This document shows positions 29,656 through 43,753 of a stretch of DNA of 64,000 nucleotides, piece by piece. The stretch lies in NCBI RefSeq assembly GCF_009914755.1, contig NC_060928.1; one strand, written 5' to 3'. The translations under genes were made by a program, and so were the position numbers. This DNA comes from the human T2T-CHM13v2.0 reference genome, Homo sapiens. Within the stretch, counting starts at the first letter, position 1. Every line of letters starts with the position of its first letter. Under the pieces are notes generated by a model, which was not told where the DNA came from, did no database searches, and saw only the letters and a program-made list of their open reading frames with translations.

Positions 29656-31389
29656 AAAGATGAGATCAGCACTCATAGTTGGAAACTTAGCACAAGTCTA
29701 GGCTTGCCCAGAATTGCATGAAGAAGGCGTAAGATGGGGGGCATCAGAGGCATCTACTCTAGTCAGTCACATGAATAAATATTTTTACTTAGGCCTAATA
29801 TTATATCTTCTTAATCTTCTTATAACACCTTCCATAAACACACTTTATAAAATACTTCACCACTACTCTAAATTGCCAGCTCTATTTTTATAACTAGGAT
29901 GATATGTAATGCTATACGGTTACATTATAAGACAAAATGATGCCTGATATTATTTTTTGACAACACGTTTTATCTACTCATCCTTGAAAATTGCATAGAA
30001 AGTAATTTTTTTATCCAGTAACATGAATCAATGAAATAAAAGAGGGCACTGTAATAATACTGATGTCAAAAGATAACACCTATCTTATAGGCTTTTTTCT
30101 TGTTATATTAAGGGAGAAGTACAACGTACACAGTGGTCATGGTTTGACCCAAGATATAATCGAATCTGTGAAATAGCGAAGTGCTTTGTAATAGAGTTTT
30201 ACTGTAATTGCTTTGTCAGGTTATCAGTCTTGTAGTTCTTCCCTAAATAGAAAAAGTTTGTCCTGTTGCTTGAAGGTATAGTGAATTTTGGAAGAATGAG
30301 TATATGTCAGCTAAGGTGGCATTGACCCAAAAAAGGCTTGAACACTGAGCAGATCAAGGAATAATACTTCTGATTACAGACTAGTGCAGACAGAATAAGA
30401 AATAATCAGGTGAATGTGTTGATAGGGTGGGGATGAGGGTTAAAAGGACAAAAATAAATTCATAAAAAGTTCATCCTGTACTGGAAGTTTTAGACTGAAG
30501 GAAAATGAGCTAAAAATGCTTTGGTTAAATTTTCCACCAGTTGCTATAAAGTCATTAGAAGCCTCTGTGAGTAAAGGAGGTAACTCCCAGAAAGTATTTA
30601 TAGATTTAGAAAGAGAATAAGGTTAAGTTTCCTTGGAGACATAGTTCTTTCAAGCCAGATCTAACCTGATCTGAAGTAACTCTAATATTAAGAGAATTTA
30701 ACTGAATATTGTCTGCTTCTTTCTCCTAAATCAACAAAAATATTAGATTGTGTCATGTATCTTATGATGTTAATTATACAATGAATATAATTTACATTAT
30801 TAGCAAGATAAGTAATTAAAATGTAATTCAATCTACCTTAGAAATAAAAGATAGTTTTTTAAAACTTGTTGTCATTCCCATTTAAACTCATTAAAATACC
30901 CGTAGAAAAGATCCTTAATTGCTGCTTTACTATAGAAACATGAAAAGAATCACAACTTTTAAGAAGAAACTATAAAATTACTCTTATAAAATTATCATTT
31001 TGTTCTTTATGCCAAAATCTTTATTTAACTGTCTTTCACATTTTTGTAATGTGTTTTTAAATTATCTACTATTAGGTCTAAAGCCATTGTAGTAATTTTA
31101 TTAATTTGATAAGTATCACTGAAAATTCAAGTGTATACTTATGTATAAGTACATATATGATTAGACTTTTGATTCCAGACTTCATTCCACATTTAGTTTT
31201 TCATTCAGAACCTGTAAGAATTTGATTCTTGTAGGGCAGTGGCTCTTAAAATTTAGTATGAGTAAAGATTACTTCAGGGTTTAGCAGTATAGCTCCTAAC
31301 TGGAGATTCTTTGGTACTAGTGGGGATACACTATGAATATGCATTCTAAAAATCACCCCAGTCTCTTAATCCGGGAGAAGGAAGAACAG

Positions 31390-32005
31390 TACTATTATAT
31401 TGTTATACTTATATATATTATATATATATATAATATATATATAATATATATAATATATATATTATATATATTATATATATAATATATATAATATATATAT
31501 TATATATATAATATATATTATATATATTATATATATAAAATACTGTATTATATATACTGTTATATACTGTTATATATAACATATATATAACATATATAAA
31601 ACATTATATTATATACTGTTATATATAACATATATATAAAACATTATATTACATACTATATATACTATGTAGTATATATTATATACTATAGTATATAATA
31701 TATATTATATACTATAGTATATAATATATATTATATACTATAGTATATAATATATATTATATATAATATATTATATACTATAGTATATAATATATATTAT
31801 ATATAATATATTATATACTATTATATACTATAGTATATAATATATTATATATACTGCATATATACAGTATTATATATACTGTATATACAGTATATACACA
31901 GTGTATATACTGTATATATATACAGTATTATATATACATATATAGTGTTTTTTATATATACTGTTATACTATTATACATATATATATGCTGTTACACTAT
32001 TATAT
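31390..32005. repeat. ~600 bp AT-rich low-complexity minisatellite with palindromic units
   Basis: Repeated tatat(a/t)a units; tatatactatagtatata is self-complementary. Confidence 0.95.
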
Positions 32006-33290
32006 GGTTTAGACAATTAGGTAATATCTATTAATACTCAGCAATGTATTCAACTCTAATTTGTCTCCTGTATCTCTGGGGCTGGAGTTCTAGAAATCAC
32101 ATTCTTCAGACTCACTTCCTAGCTGAGTTCTAATTTAGAGTCTGCCAAAGAGAGACACTGTCATAAGATTTTGGAGACAGAAGAGGACCAGAATTTATTT
32201 TTGTTCCACTAACAGTGGGCAGGCACATTGACTTCAGCTAAAAGTAAGGTTATGCTCTCTTCCAGATATTCTCCTATAAATGAATTAATTAGGTGCTGCA
32301 GGTAGCTGAAATTATAAGTGCTGATTTCCTGTAAGTTATGAAACTTGAAAATTTCCTGATACCATCACACATCTTCTCTGATATGTATTCTATCCTTCCT
32401 CCAAGGGTATTAACTCCTTTCTGCCTGAAATATATTCTTAGCAAGACTTTGAGATACATAGCATGTGAATAAAATAGAGGTTAACCATATGCCTAAATCC
32501 TGGTGACTCTTATACTCTACCTGCATGTATGCAAGACCTCATCCTCATTTCAAGCCCCCCACTTTATTTATTGGCTTCTCTGTGGGAATTAATATACTGT
32601 ATTCCAAGAGTACCTATCTACCCAGCTTCTGCTGCTTAGAACCTTCATTCTCAGGCACAGAAACTATTCTTGTAACTGTATCAGTTACACTCCAAAGCCA
32701 GGGCAGGGGTGAGAGGCTATATAACTGGCTTTCTGAGTTAGAACACAGAGGACATACATCCTTAGTTAAAATGTTATAAATGATGGTGAAATAAAATTCA
32801 GCCAGTACTATAGCTACTTTTGTCACACTATAGATAATACAGAGGCATCTGAGTCTTATAGGAAAACATATATATCATTTTTGTGCAGTCAATTTGGGAG
32901 GCCAGTAGTTTATAAAAGAATAGTTCTCTAATATTAGTACTAGAAATAAGCACTCCAAATTTGTGTTAGCAGTAAAAATCATGCCTTGTGCCCTCCTGTT
33001 GAAGACTGTTAGGTTGGATTCAGGAATATGCATTTCTTATAAACATCATAAAATTTCTGATGAATATCTTTCCAGAGAGATACTTTCAGAGAAATTACCT
33101 TAAACCATTTATGGAATAAACTAATTTTTATTTCAAAAGTCTAACTTTTTCTTAACTAAAGAAAGAGCTTTGGGAAGAACAGATTGATAGAAAACATCCA
33201 TTTTTCCCTATAGAGAATCAAAATTTAATCTAATGAGCAGAAATATGGAAGATTATAACCCAAATAAGTTATCTTAAAAAGGTTAAATTT

Positions 33291-33592
33291 GGCTAGATAT
33301 GGTGGCTCATGCCTATAATCCAAGCACTTTGGGAGGCTGAGTTGGGCAGATCGCTTGAGCCTAGGAGTTCGGGACCAGCCTGGGCAACATGGCAAAATCC
33401 CATCTCTATAGAAAATACAAAAATTAGCTGGCCATGGTGGCATACACCTGTGGTCCCAGCTACTCAGAGGCCTGAGGCTGGAAGATGATTTGAGCCCAGG
33501 AGGTCAAGGCTGCAATGAGCACTGATTATACCACTGTACTCCAGCCTGAGTGACAGAGTGAGAACTTGTCTCAAAAAAATAAAAAAGTAAAA
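33291..33592 (+). mobile_element. AluJ
   Basis: gcttgagcctaggagttc, cctgggcaacatggc, gaggtcaaggctgcaatgagc diagnostics; aaaaaggtt on both sides. Confidence 0.9.
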
Positions 33593-33639
33593 AGGTTGTG
33601 TATCATGATGATAATGGCTTCCAATGAATTACATTCCTT

Positions 33640-33885
33640 ATATCCAAATTCCTTTGCAATGTGATGTCTCTACTCTTCTCATCAACAGTGGAGTATATTT
33701 CTTCATTGTCTTCAATATGAGCTTCTTCTGTCAGTCTCTTTGACCAATAGAATGCTGCCATTTTAGAGGTGAGGAAGCAAAAGAGGTAAAGTAGCTTACC
33801 CAAAATTACACAGCCAATAAGTGGTAGGGCTATCATTAAATATTAGGCAGTCAAATTTCAAAATTTATGCACTTAATAAGTATGT
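33640..33885. mobile_element. MLT1 fragment followed by MIR fragment
   Basis: 'cctttgcaatgtga..tttgaccaatagaatg' (MLT1) then 'ccattttagaggtgaggaagc..gaggtaaagtagcttacccaa..acacagccaataagtgg' (MIR core). Confidence 0.55.
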
Positions 33886-33928
33886 TGTATTGACTTTCAT
33901 AAATTGAATCCTCATACAAAGCAACCAA

Positions 33929-36900
33929 GGGGAAGAGGCCAAAATGACTGACTAGAAGCAGCTGCCCACTGGGGGCTCCCACAGAGAAGAACAAAATGGT
34001 GAGTGAATCCTACACCTTCCACTGAGGTATCCAGGTTCTCTCATTGGGACAGACTAGGCAGCTGGTGAGACCCACAGAGAGCAAGAAGAAGCAGGGTGGA
34101 GTGACGGCCCACCCAGGAGGTGCATAAGGCAAGGGAAGCTCCTACCCCCAGCCAAGGGAGGTGGTGAGTGATTGTGCCACCTGCCCAGAAAACCATGCTT
34201 TCTCCATATATCTTTGCAACCCTCAGATCAGGAGATCCCCTTGTGAGCCCACGCCACCGAGGCCTTGAGTCCCAAGCACAGAGCTGTGCAGAAGCTCAGT
34301 GGCCACTCATGTTGCAGCCAGCAGCAACAGGCTGAAAACTACCTAAGACTACTACCAAATTTACTGGGGGAGGGGGCCACCATCACTGCAGCTCCAGTCT
34401 GCCATTTTTCCCTGATAGTGTTGGGGAGACTGAGTGGTTTGGACTGGGAGGAATTTCCCACAGTGCAGCACAGCAGCTGTGGTAGGTCATGGCCAAAATT
34501 CTTCTTTAAATGAGACCCAGATTCATTCCCTCTCACTGGGTAGGGACATTTCTATGAGAATTTCAGCAACTCCAGCCAGGGATTTATGGACAGAACTCCA
34601 ATCTCCCTGGAACAAGGCCCTGGGTGAGAGGTGGCCATGGTCTCCAGTTCAGCAGACTTAGTCCTTCCTGCCCTGCTGGCTCTAAAGAGGCTGGGCAGTC
34701 CAGAAAAGGGGGATTTTCCCCAGCGCAGTGCACCCACTCCACCAAGGAGAAGACAGAATGCTTTGTTAAGTGGGTCCCTGACTGTATGATTCCTGACTAG
34801 GTGAGACTCCCTTAACAACAGGGGTTGCCAGACACCTTATACAAGGGCATTCCCATGGCCATCAGGTCAGTGCCCCTCCGGGACAGAGCTCCCAGAGGAA
34901 GGAGCAGGCAACCATCTTTGATGTTCTGCAGCATCCAATGGTGAAACCTCAAGGTGCATGAGGGACCCAGGGGAATAGGAGAATAGGGTCTGGAGTGGAC
35001 CCCCAGCAAAATGCAGCAGTCCCACGGAAGAGGGGCCTGACTGCTAAAAGAAAATCCAACAGAAAGCAACAACAACATCAACAAAAGAGACTTCACAAAA
35101 ACCTCATTCAAAGGACAGCAGCCTCAAAGATTGAAGGTACATAAGCTCATGAAGATGAAAAAAAGATCAATGCAAAAACATTGAAAATTCAAAAATCTAG
35201 AGTGCCTCTTCTCCTCCAAATGATTGCAACACCTCTCCAGCAAGGGCACAGAACTGGGCTGAGGCTGAGATGAATGAACTGACAGAAGTAGGCTTCAGAA
35301 GGTAAGCAGTAATAAACTTTGCTGAGTTAAAGGAGTATGTTCTAACACAATGCAAAGAAGATAAGAACAATAATAAAACATTACAGGAGCTGTTAATCAC
35401 AATAACCAGTTTAGAGAGGAACATAAATGACCTGATAGAGCTGAAGAATACAAGACGAGAATTTCACAATGTAATCACAAGTATCAACAGCTGAATAGAT
35501 CAAGTGGAGGAAATAATTTCAGAGCTGGAAGACTATCTTACTGAAATAAGACAGGATGCCAAGATTAGAGAAAAAAGAATGAAAATAAATGAACAAATCT
35601 TCTAAGAACTATGGGATTAAAAAGACCAGGGAAAATGGTCTCTTTCCAAGATGGAAAACATACTTGGGATATTGTCCAAGAGAACTTCCCCAATCTAGCA
35701 AGATAGGCCAATATTCAAATTTAAGAAATCCAGAGGACCCCAGTAAAATATTTCATGAGAAGATCAACCCCAAGATACATAATCATCAGATTCTCCAAGG
35801 TCAAAATAAAGGAAAAAAAATGTTATGGGTAGCCAGAGAGAGAAAGAGAGGCCAGGTCGCCTACAAAGGGAAGCCCATCAGTCTAACAGTGGACTGCTTA
35901 GCAGAAACCCTACAAACCAGAAGAGATAGGGGGCCAATAGTCAACATTCTAAAAGAAAAGAATTTCCACCCCAGAATTTCATATCTGGCCAAACTAAGCT
36001 TCATAAGCAAAGGAGAAATAAAATCTTTTTCAGACAAGCGAATGCTGAGGGAATTCATTACCACCAGGCCTGCCTTGCAAGAGCCTTTATGGAAGCAGTG
36101 AATATGGAAAGAAAAAACCATTACCAGCCACTAAAATAACACGCTAAAGTACAGAGACCAATGGCATTATGAAGCAACTACATTCACAAGTCTGCAAAAT
36201 AACCAGCTAGCATCATGATGACAGGATCAATTCACACGTAACAATATTAACCTTAAATGTAAGAGACTAAATGCCCTAATCAAAAGACACAGAATGGCAA
36301 GCTGGATAGAGTCAAGACCCATTGGTATGCTGTATTCAAGAGACCCATCTTATGTGCAAAGACACACATGGACTCAAAATAAAGGGATGGAGGAAAATCT
36401 ACCAAGCAAATGGAAAGCAGAAAAAGGGAGGGGTTGCAATCCTAGCTTCTGACAAAACAGACTTGAAACCAACAAAGATCAAAAAAGACAAAGAAGGACA
36501 TTACTTCATGGAAAAGGGTTCAATTCAACAAGAAGAACTAACTATCCTAAATATAATGCACCAACACAGAAGCACCAAGATTCGTAAAACAAGTTATTAG
36601 AGACCTACAAACAGACAGATTCCCACACAATAACAGTGGGAGACTTTAACATCCCACTGTGAATATTAGACAGATCATTGAGACAGAAAGTTAACAAATA
36701 TATTCAAGACTTGAACTCAGCTCCGGATCAAGTGAAACTGATAGATATCTACAGAACGATCTACCCAAAAACAATAGAATATACATTCTTCTCAGTGCCA
36801 CATGGCACTTACTCTAAAATTGATCACACAATTGGAAGTAAAACACTCTTCAGCAAATGAAAAAGAACTGAAGTCTTAACAAACAGTATCTCAGACCACA

Positions 36901-37834
36901 GCACAATCAAATTCAAACTCAAGATTAAGAAACTCACTCAAAACCACACAACTACAGGGAAATTTAACAACCTCCTGAATGACTCCTGGGTAAATAATGA
37001 GATTAAGGCAAGAATCAAGAAGTTCTTTGAAACTAATGAGACCAAAGAGAAAACATCCAGAATCTCTAGGATGCAGCTGAAGTAGTGTTATGGGGGAAAT
37101 TTATAGCACTAAATGCTCACATTAAAAAGCTAGAAAGATCTCAAATTGACATCCTAACATCCCAACTGAAAGAAATGAAGAACCAAGAGCAAACAAACCC
37201 CAAAGCCAGCAGAAGATAAGAAATAACCAAGATCAGAGTGGAACTGAAGGAGATAGAGACATGAAAAACCCTTCAAAAAATCAATGAGTCCAGGAGCTTG
37301 TTTTTTTTTTTTTGAAAAAAGATTCATATAATAGATAAACTGCTAGCTAGACTAATATAGAAGAAAAGGGAGAAGATTCAAATAAACACAAACAGAAATG
37401 ATAAGGTAGCTATCACCACTGACCCCAGAAATACAAACAACCATCAGAGAATAGTATAAACACCTATATGCAAATAAACTAGAACATCCAGAAGAAATGG
37501 ATAAATTCCGAAACACATAGACCCTCCCTAAACTGAACAAAGAGGAAGCTGAATCCCTGAGTACACTAGTAATGAGTACTGAAATTGAGGCAGTAATAAA
37601 TAGCATACCAACAAAAAAAGCCCCAGACCAGAAGGATTTGCAGGTGAATTCTACCAGAGGTACAAAGAGAAGCTGGTACAATTTCTTCTGAAACTTTTTC
37701 AAACAACTGAAAAAGAGGGACTCCTCCCTAACTCATTTTATGAGGCCAGCATCATCTTGATACCAAAACCTGACAGGGATACGACAACAATATTAATAAA
37801 AAAAACTTCAGGCCAATATCACTGATGAACATTG
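33929..37834 (+). mobile_element. Older primate L1PA (approx. PA8-PA13): 5' UTR, ORF1 remnant (~35155-36147) and ORF2 5' part (from 36218); 3'-truncated
   Basis: 5' start ggaagaggccaaaatgactgactagaagcagc; ORF fragments YKGKPISLTVD..ETLQTRRD..YLAKLSFIS and CCIQETHL; 11-bp TSD aaagcaaccaa at 33918-33928 and 37835-37845. Confidence 0.9.
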
Positions 37835-38917
37835 AAAGCAACCAAAACTAGGTGATAAAAGTTTTCAGTAAGAAAGGTTAAAGGAAAAACAACATGCCAT
37901 TTTTTCAGGTCTATTTCAAAGGTGTTAAAATGTTATTACCACCGTCTCAGAAGAAGATTTTCAAGGACTTTTGTCATTGGTTTTCTGTTATTCTCTCTAC
38001 TGTTAAGACATTGTCAATTGTATAAATGGAATCAAACACTGGTAATCAAGTTGATGAAAATGAAGTATCAGCATAAGACAACCAAATGTCTAGGACAGGA
38101 TTAGATGTCATCTAAATATCGCTGAGAAACAACTCAGGGGAAATTTAATAGGTAAAATGTATCAAAAGATAACAAAGATAGGATAATGTAATAATGACAA
38201 AATCTGAGAGTCAATGAATAGAATGAAGCAGGTTATTTTTCAGGGAAAGTGTGTTAAGTAGGAAGACTAAAATTAATGAGAGAAAGATCTACATTCAAAG
38301 GAATTATTACCAGTTATATAATTTTATCCCGGGAATTATTCTTAAAGTGAATTTTTAAAAGGCACATTATTATAAAATCATTACTCACCATCTTTGTAAC
38401 TACAATAGCTATATGCATGATGATCCTAAGCAAGATGCTGAATAAGATCTCCTTGTTGCACAATCCTTGTGATAAATAGCACAAATATAAATACTGAGAA
38501 GAAAACAAATCTCTATAATGTGCTACTATCTCTCTGTTATTGAAAAATTTTCCCTAGTATCATTTACTAAAATTTGTTGGCCAGTAACTGTACTTCACTG
38601 TATATAGTCTATGCAAGGGTTAACAAAATACATGATATCTGGTTGTTTGTATTGGTTTACAATTTACAATGAGAATAAAAATCAGACTTTCCCATGTTAT
38701 CACAATGGTTTCAAATGATTCACAGTGTCACTAAAATACATTCAGAAGAGATTTCTAAAGATTTGTTACAACTGACAGAGCTGGACCTTCTAGATTTCTC
38801 TTTCCTAGCAACAATATATGAGTTGTAAATGCAGCAAGCATCCTTGAGTATTTTAGTCTAAGTACTAAGTTTAGAATGAAAACAAAGAATACTTTCCAAT
38901 CTATGTTAGGCATTTTA

Positions 38918-38919
<2 letters not shown>

Positions 38920-38990
<71 letters not shown>

Positions 38991-39112
38991 TTCTTTCTTT
39001 CTTTTTCTTTCTTTCCTTCCTTCCTTCCTTCCTTCCTTCCTTCCTTCCTTCTTTCCTTCCTTCCTTCTTTTCTTTTTTTTCTCTCTCTCTCTTTCTTTCT
39101 TTTATTTTTTCT
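38920..39112. repeat. Compound (TTTC)n(TTCC)n microsatellite derived from an Alu tail
   Basis: Direct tetranucleotide repeats immediately adjoining a minus-strand Alu. Confidence 0.95.
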
Positions 39113-39298
39113 TGAGACGCAGGCTTGTTCTGTCACCCAGGCTGAAGTCCAGTGGCACAATCTCGGCTCACTGCAAGCTCTGCCTCCCGGGTTCACGCCA
39201 TTCTCCTGCCTCAGCCCTCAGACTCCAAAGTAGCTGGGACTACAGGCGCCCGCCACCATGCCCAGCTAATTTTTTGCATTTTTAGCAGAGACAGGGTT
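39113..39298 (-). mobile_element. 5'-truncated AluY-like element
   Basis: gcaagctctgcctcccgggttcacgccattctcctgcc; ends shortly after the linker. Confidence 0.85.
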
Positions 39299-41350
39299 CT
39301 TGCATTATCAGAAATAAAACTTGTAATAAAAGAGGAAATTAATCAAAACAAAAATAGGAAGTTCTGATTTCTTATTGACTGGCAGTAGTCTGAGCAGCTA
39401 AGTCTAAAGAAGACCTCAAGTCTTCAAGTACTTTTCTCTCTCAGGAGTAGTCTTATTCCATTGCTGGATGGCAACACTGATTAATATGATGTGATTTAGA
39501 TGAAAAAAGAAAAACCAAAATAAAATTGATAAAAAAAAAATTAGGTGCTAGAGCCAATTTCTGATGAACTTGCTTGTTCATCAAGTTCAGTCACCAGTGA
39601 AAAATCAATGACATGAAAATGGACTACTAAGTCACACTGTGATCATTTCAGAATGTCTCTAACAACATTTGGAATCCCTAATCTGTCCAGAAAATCTCTC
39701 TTTTTCCCTACCAACTTAGTGCTACAATACAGTATTTTAAAGTGTCTAAAGACCTACAAAAGTTTTATGGCTCATGTTCCTACATTCGACTTGGATGGAT
39801 TCTAGACTACCTCTCAAATGTTCCATTATTCCTCCTTTCTCTCTCACACACACACACACAAAATTATACAAAGCCACTCTCAAGTAATATTTGACTTCTT
39901 GACATTTTCCTGAGTATATAATGCTGAAACATCCCCAAATTCACAAGCAGAAAATTATTGCTTCTAAATTTCACCAGAGATTTTAAGCCATATTTTGTGC
40001 CATGGATCACTTTGGTAGTCTAGTGAAGCCTTTGGACTTCATTTTAATTTAAATAAAGCCAATTATATTGCAATATAGTTTTGAAAATGTTTTTTTAAAA
40101 TATATGTTAGTGTTTAAGATAATAAGTTCCAGACGTATGCTTAATAATGACAATATTGAAGTTTTCATGAGCTTTATTTCAAAATATCTATAATAAATGT
40201 TTCTTGTCATATAAAATTTATTATTTCTATTAGGAACAAAGTTACATGTACTACCTGACACTAATCTGGTATTCCACTTGTATTCATAATGGGGACTGCT
40301 AATTTTTACCTAGTGGTTTACATTTATATATATAATTTTCCCTCTCAAAATGCATGTATATGAACCCCAAATCTTAACCACAGATTCTTGGGCATCCATG
40401 GACTCCAGTTTAAGAACCACTGCCCTATAAGTGAAACATAAATTATCACCTTAAAGAGATACTCTGCAAATTCTTTTTTTGGATTGCTTACAGTGATCTG
40501 AGCATTATCTGATATTACTCTGCAAATTAATATCCAAATACTCCCATAAGCTACCTCTTCTCCATAAATATTAAAACCATATTCTATTTATAGTATCTTT
40601 GAAAAAGTCTGGGAAGGGAGGTTATCACTGTTGGGTTCCTGCTTTCACTTTGTTTGGAACCTGGCCTAATATACATTGTTTTATGTACTCAAAGTATGCT
40701 TTTAATAGGAATATGTGTTTGTTCATTTTTATTCCTTCTCTCAAAAGCCACATATATAGAGTTTGATTGGCATTGTGTTATTAGTAACAAGAGGGAGACT
40801 AGCAGTTCTTATGACCTACAACTTACACCTATTATGTAAAAGCATTACAATAATTGACACTGGCAATTTTCTCCCTTTCTGCATCCTAAAAGTGTCTTTG
40901 TAGAAAAAAAAATACCTAAAATATTTAAATTTGTGAAGCAGAGATGCTATAAAATGTAGTTCACTGCAGGTAGACAACTGCCAGGAATATAATAATGATA
41001 GAAATCTGTGCATACGTAAGTATACCCCAATATATATCCCTATTATTCATGTAGCAATTTCTTTTTGCAAAGTGATAAGTAGAAACCAATTAATGGAAAT
41101 ACCAGTAAGAAGCAGTTAGGTAGGGTTATATTAGAGGATGCTGGCTAGATCAGAAACAAAATGTGGGCAGTCAAGAAAGGCATCAATGCCTACTCTAAGG
41201 AATTTCTTCAGTCATTCACTAGATGATCAGTAATGATCACTTGATTATTGAAAAGAAAATGGAAAATGCTTTTATGACATTGCTGCAGTGAGATGTCCAT
41301 AATTAAATTGCTCTCAGTTTTGGCCTTTTATGTACTTCAAGATCCCTCAT

Positions 41351-42123
41351 TGTGATGGTTAACACTGAGTGTCAACTTGATTGGATAGAAGGATACAAAG
41401 TATCAATCCTGGGTGTGTCTGTGAGGGTGTTGCCAAAAGAGATTAACATTTGAATCAGTGGGTTGGTGAAGGCAGATCCACCCTTAATATGGTGGGAACA
41501 ATCTAATCAGTTGCTAGCAAATATAAAGCTGGCAGAAAAATGTGAAAAGGAGAGATTGGCCTAGGCTTCCAGCCTACGTCTTTCTCCTGTGCTGGATGCT
41601 TCCTGTCCTGGAATATTGGACTCCAAGTTCTTCAGTTTTGGGACATGGACTGGCTCTCCTTGCTCCTCAGCTTTCAGACAGCCTATTGTGGGACCTTGTG
41701 ATCATGTAAGTTAATATTTAATAAACTCTCCTATATATGTATATGTGTGTGTGTGTGTGTGTATATATATGTGTATATATGTATACATATATACATATAT
41801 ACACACATATACATACATGTATGTATACATATATATCATGTAAGTTAACACTTAATAAACTCCCATATATACATATATACATATATAAAATACATATACA
41901 TTATATATATAAATTTATATATACTTTATATATATGTATATGTATACACATATACATATATATATATATATAGATAAAGCTGAGGAGCAAGGAGAGCCAA
42001 TCTGAGTCCCAAAAGTGAAGAACTTGGAGTCTGATATATATACACATATATGTGTATATATACACATATATGTGTATATATATCCTATTAGTTCTTTCCC
42101 TCTAGAGAACCCTGACTAAAACA
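41351..42123 (+). mobile_element. MLT2A (ERVL) solo LTR with expanded TA/TG tract and internal duplications
   Basis: tgtgatggttaacactgagtgtcaacttgattgg...gagaaccctgactaaaaca; TSD ctcat/cgcat. Confidence 0.9.
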
Positions 42124-43753
42124 CGCATAGAGGAACAGAAAGGCATGATCTGGAAAAGCAGTTGCTACTCATTCCTCCTTTGCGCCTTTTACCACTTTGT
42201 TTTGGATGGGAGAAGTAAATGAACAATATATTTTGCTATGGTTGTTTTAAAATGTATTCAGCTTTAAATTAAATTAATACATGTCAGTGTTCCCTGAATT
42301 AGGTTTATAATCTTTTTAAAAACCCACAGTAATTGTATACCCCATTCTTCCTTCACTTACCTTAGTTATCAATCTCATGAAAGAGTTTACAATTCTAAGT
42401 TGTTTCCCCTTTGTATGCTTTTTCATTTATATCTACTATACATTTGCGGCCATTTTCTGATATTTGAATATTTAATACAACATTCTCACAATTGGAGGAT
42501 AAAGATTTAAGTCTCTCATACATATTATCTACCCACACTTCACTTTCCTTCTTAATTTCTTCTAATGTAGAATTCATCTTGTAATGAATTACCAGAATTG
42601 GTATTCAGGATAAATAGTATTGTAATTTGTGACAACTGAGGATTTACTATTCAATTAACAAATTTCTATGGCTATATAACTTTACATTTTTCTGGAACAA
42701 TTGAATTTTGGGGGGAGTGGTGTGCCTGGTTTTCCATTTTTTTATTCACTGCCAACAGAAACGTAAAACTTCTTCCCGTGTTGAGATGTGTGAGTATGTG
42801 TTTATATGTGTGCACTGATTTATTGATTACATTTTTTTCCCTGAGAAAATTTCTTCCAGATTAATTTTTCTGATTCCCCTCTTCAAATCTAGCTAGTTGT
42901 TCTCTAGGTGGGCTGCTTACCTGTCCTCTTTGGATTTTTCTTCATGTTATCTAGAGTATTCCCTTCACTTAGAAGGTGCTTTTTATCTTCTGTTTCATGG
43001 ATTCTATGTTATCCTGCTTCTGGTTTAGTCATTTTGTGGAGCTTATCCTCTAGTAGCTTATGGAGAAATGGTGAATTCAGGAAAATTTTAAAGATACATC
43101 ATGACTGAAAACAGCATTATTCTTTCCCTTATACTCATAGTTTGCCTGAGTATAGAATTCTGTATTGGAAATTTGGAGCCAGAAATTTTGAAGACATGAC
43201 ACTAGCATCTAATGCTGATGTTTAGAAATAATGTCAATCCTTTTAGTAACCTGTTTTTCTTTCTCAATAATTTTTAAGAATCTCTTTATCTTCACTCCTC
43301 TGAAATTCAATGATGATTCAACTTCATATGGCTATATTTTTCTGTAATTATACTGACAATTTGATGAGACCTTTAATTCTGGAAGTTTGTGTTTTATATT
43401 TTCTGTATTAGTGTTCATGTCTTTTTAAAATTCCTTATTCACTCAGTTACTTTCAGGGGACTTCCTAGACAGACTCCAATTTTATATAACTTTGTCTTTT
43501 GCTCTACCTTTTGAGATGTTACTCAAAATATTTCCTATGATTTTTCTGACAATTTTAATACATTTCTCATGTGTTAAATTTCAAAGAAAATTCTTATTTA
43601 AAATTTTCTATAATTTCTTAATTTTCACCAATTTAATTATGTTATAGGTAATTTTTTATTTAATCTTACCATAAAACATACTCATTTAATACTTAGCTAT
43701 ATACATTTTGCACATAAACAACACAAAAACATAATTTTTTCTCATTAATACAC

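Noticed and set aside
19800-33290. Host protein-coding exons in the non-repeat stretches (about 20.2-22.2 kb, 29.1-31.2 kb, 32.5-33.3 kb)
   Set aside because: Only short AT-biased ORFs without recognisable homology or convincing splice-site pairs; small exons or lncRNA exons cannot be excluded without transcript data.
38876-39196. ORFs with FLSF/KKER repeats (also 6165-6418, 41737-41973, 49296-49577)
   Set aside because: These are translations of microsatellites and Alu sequence, not genes.
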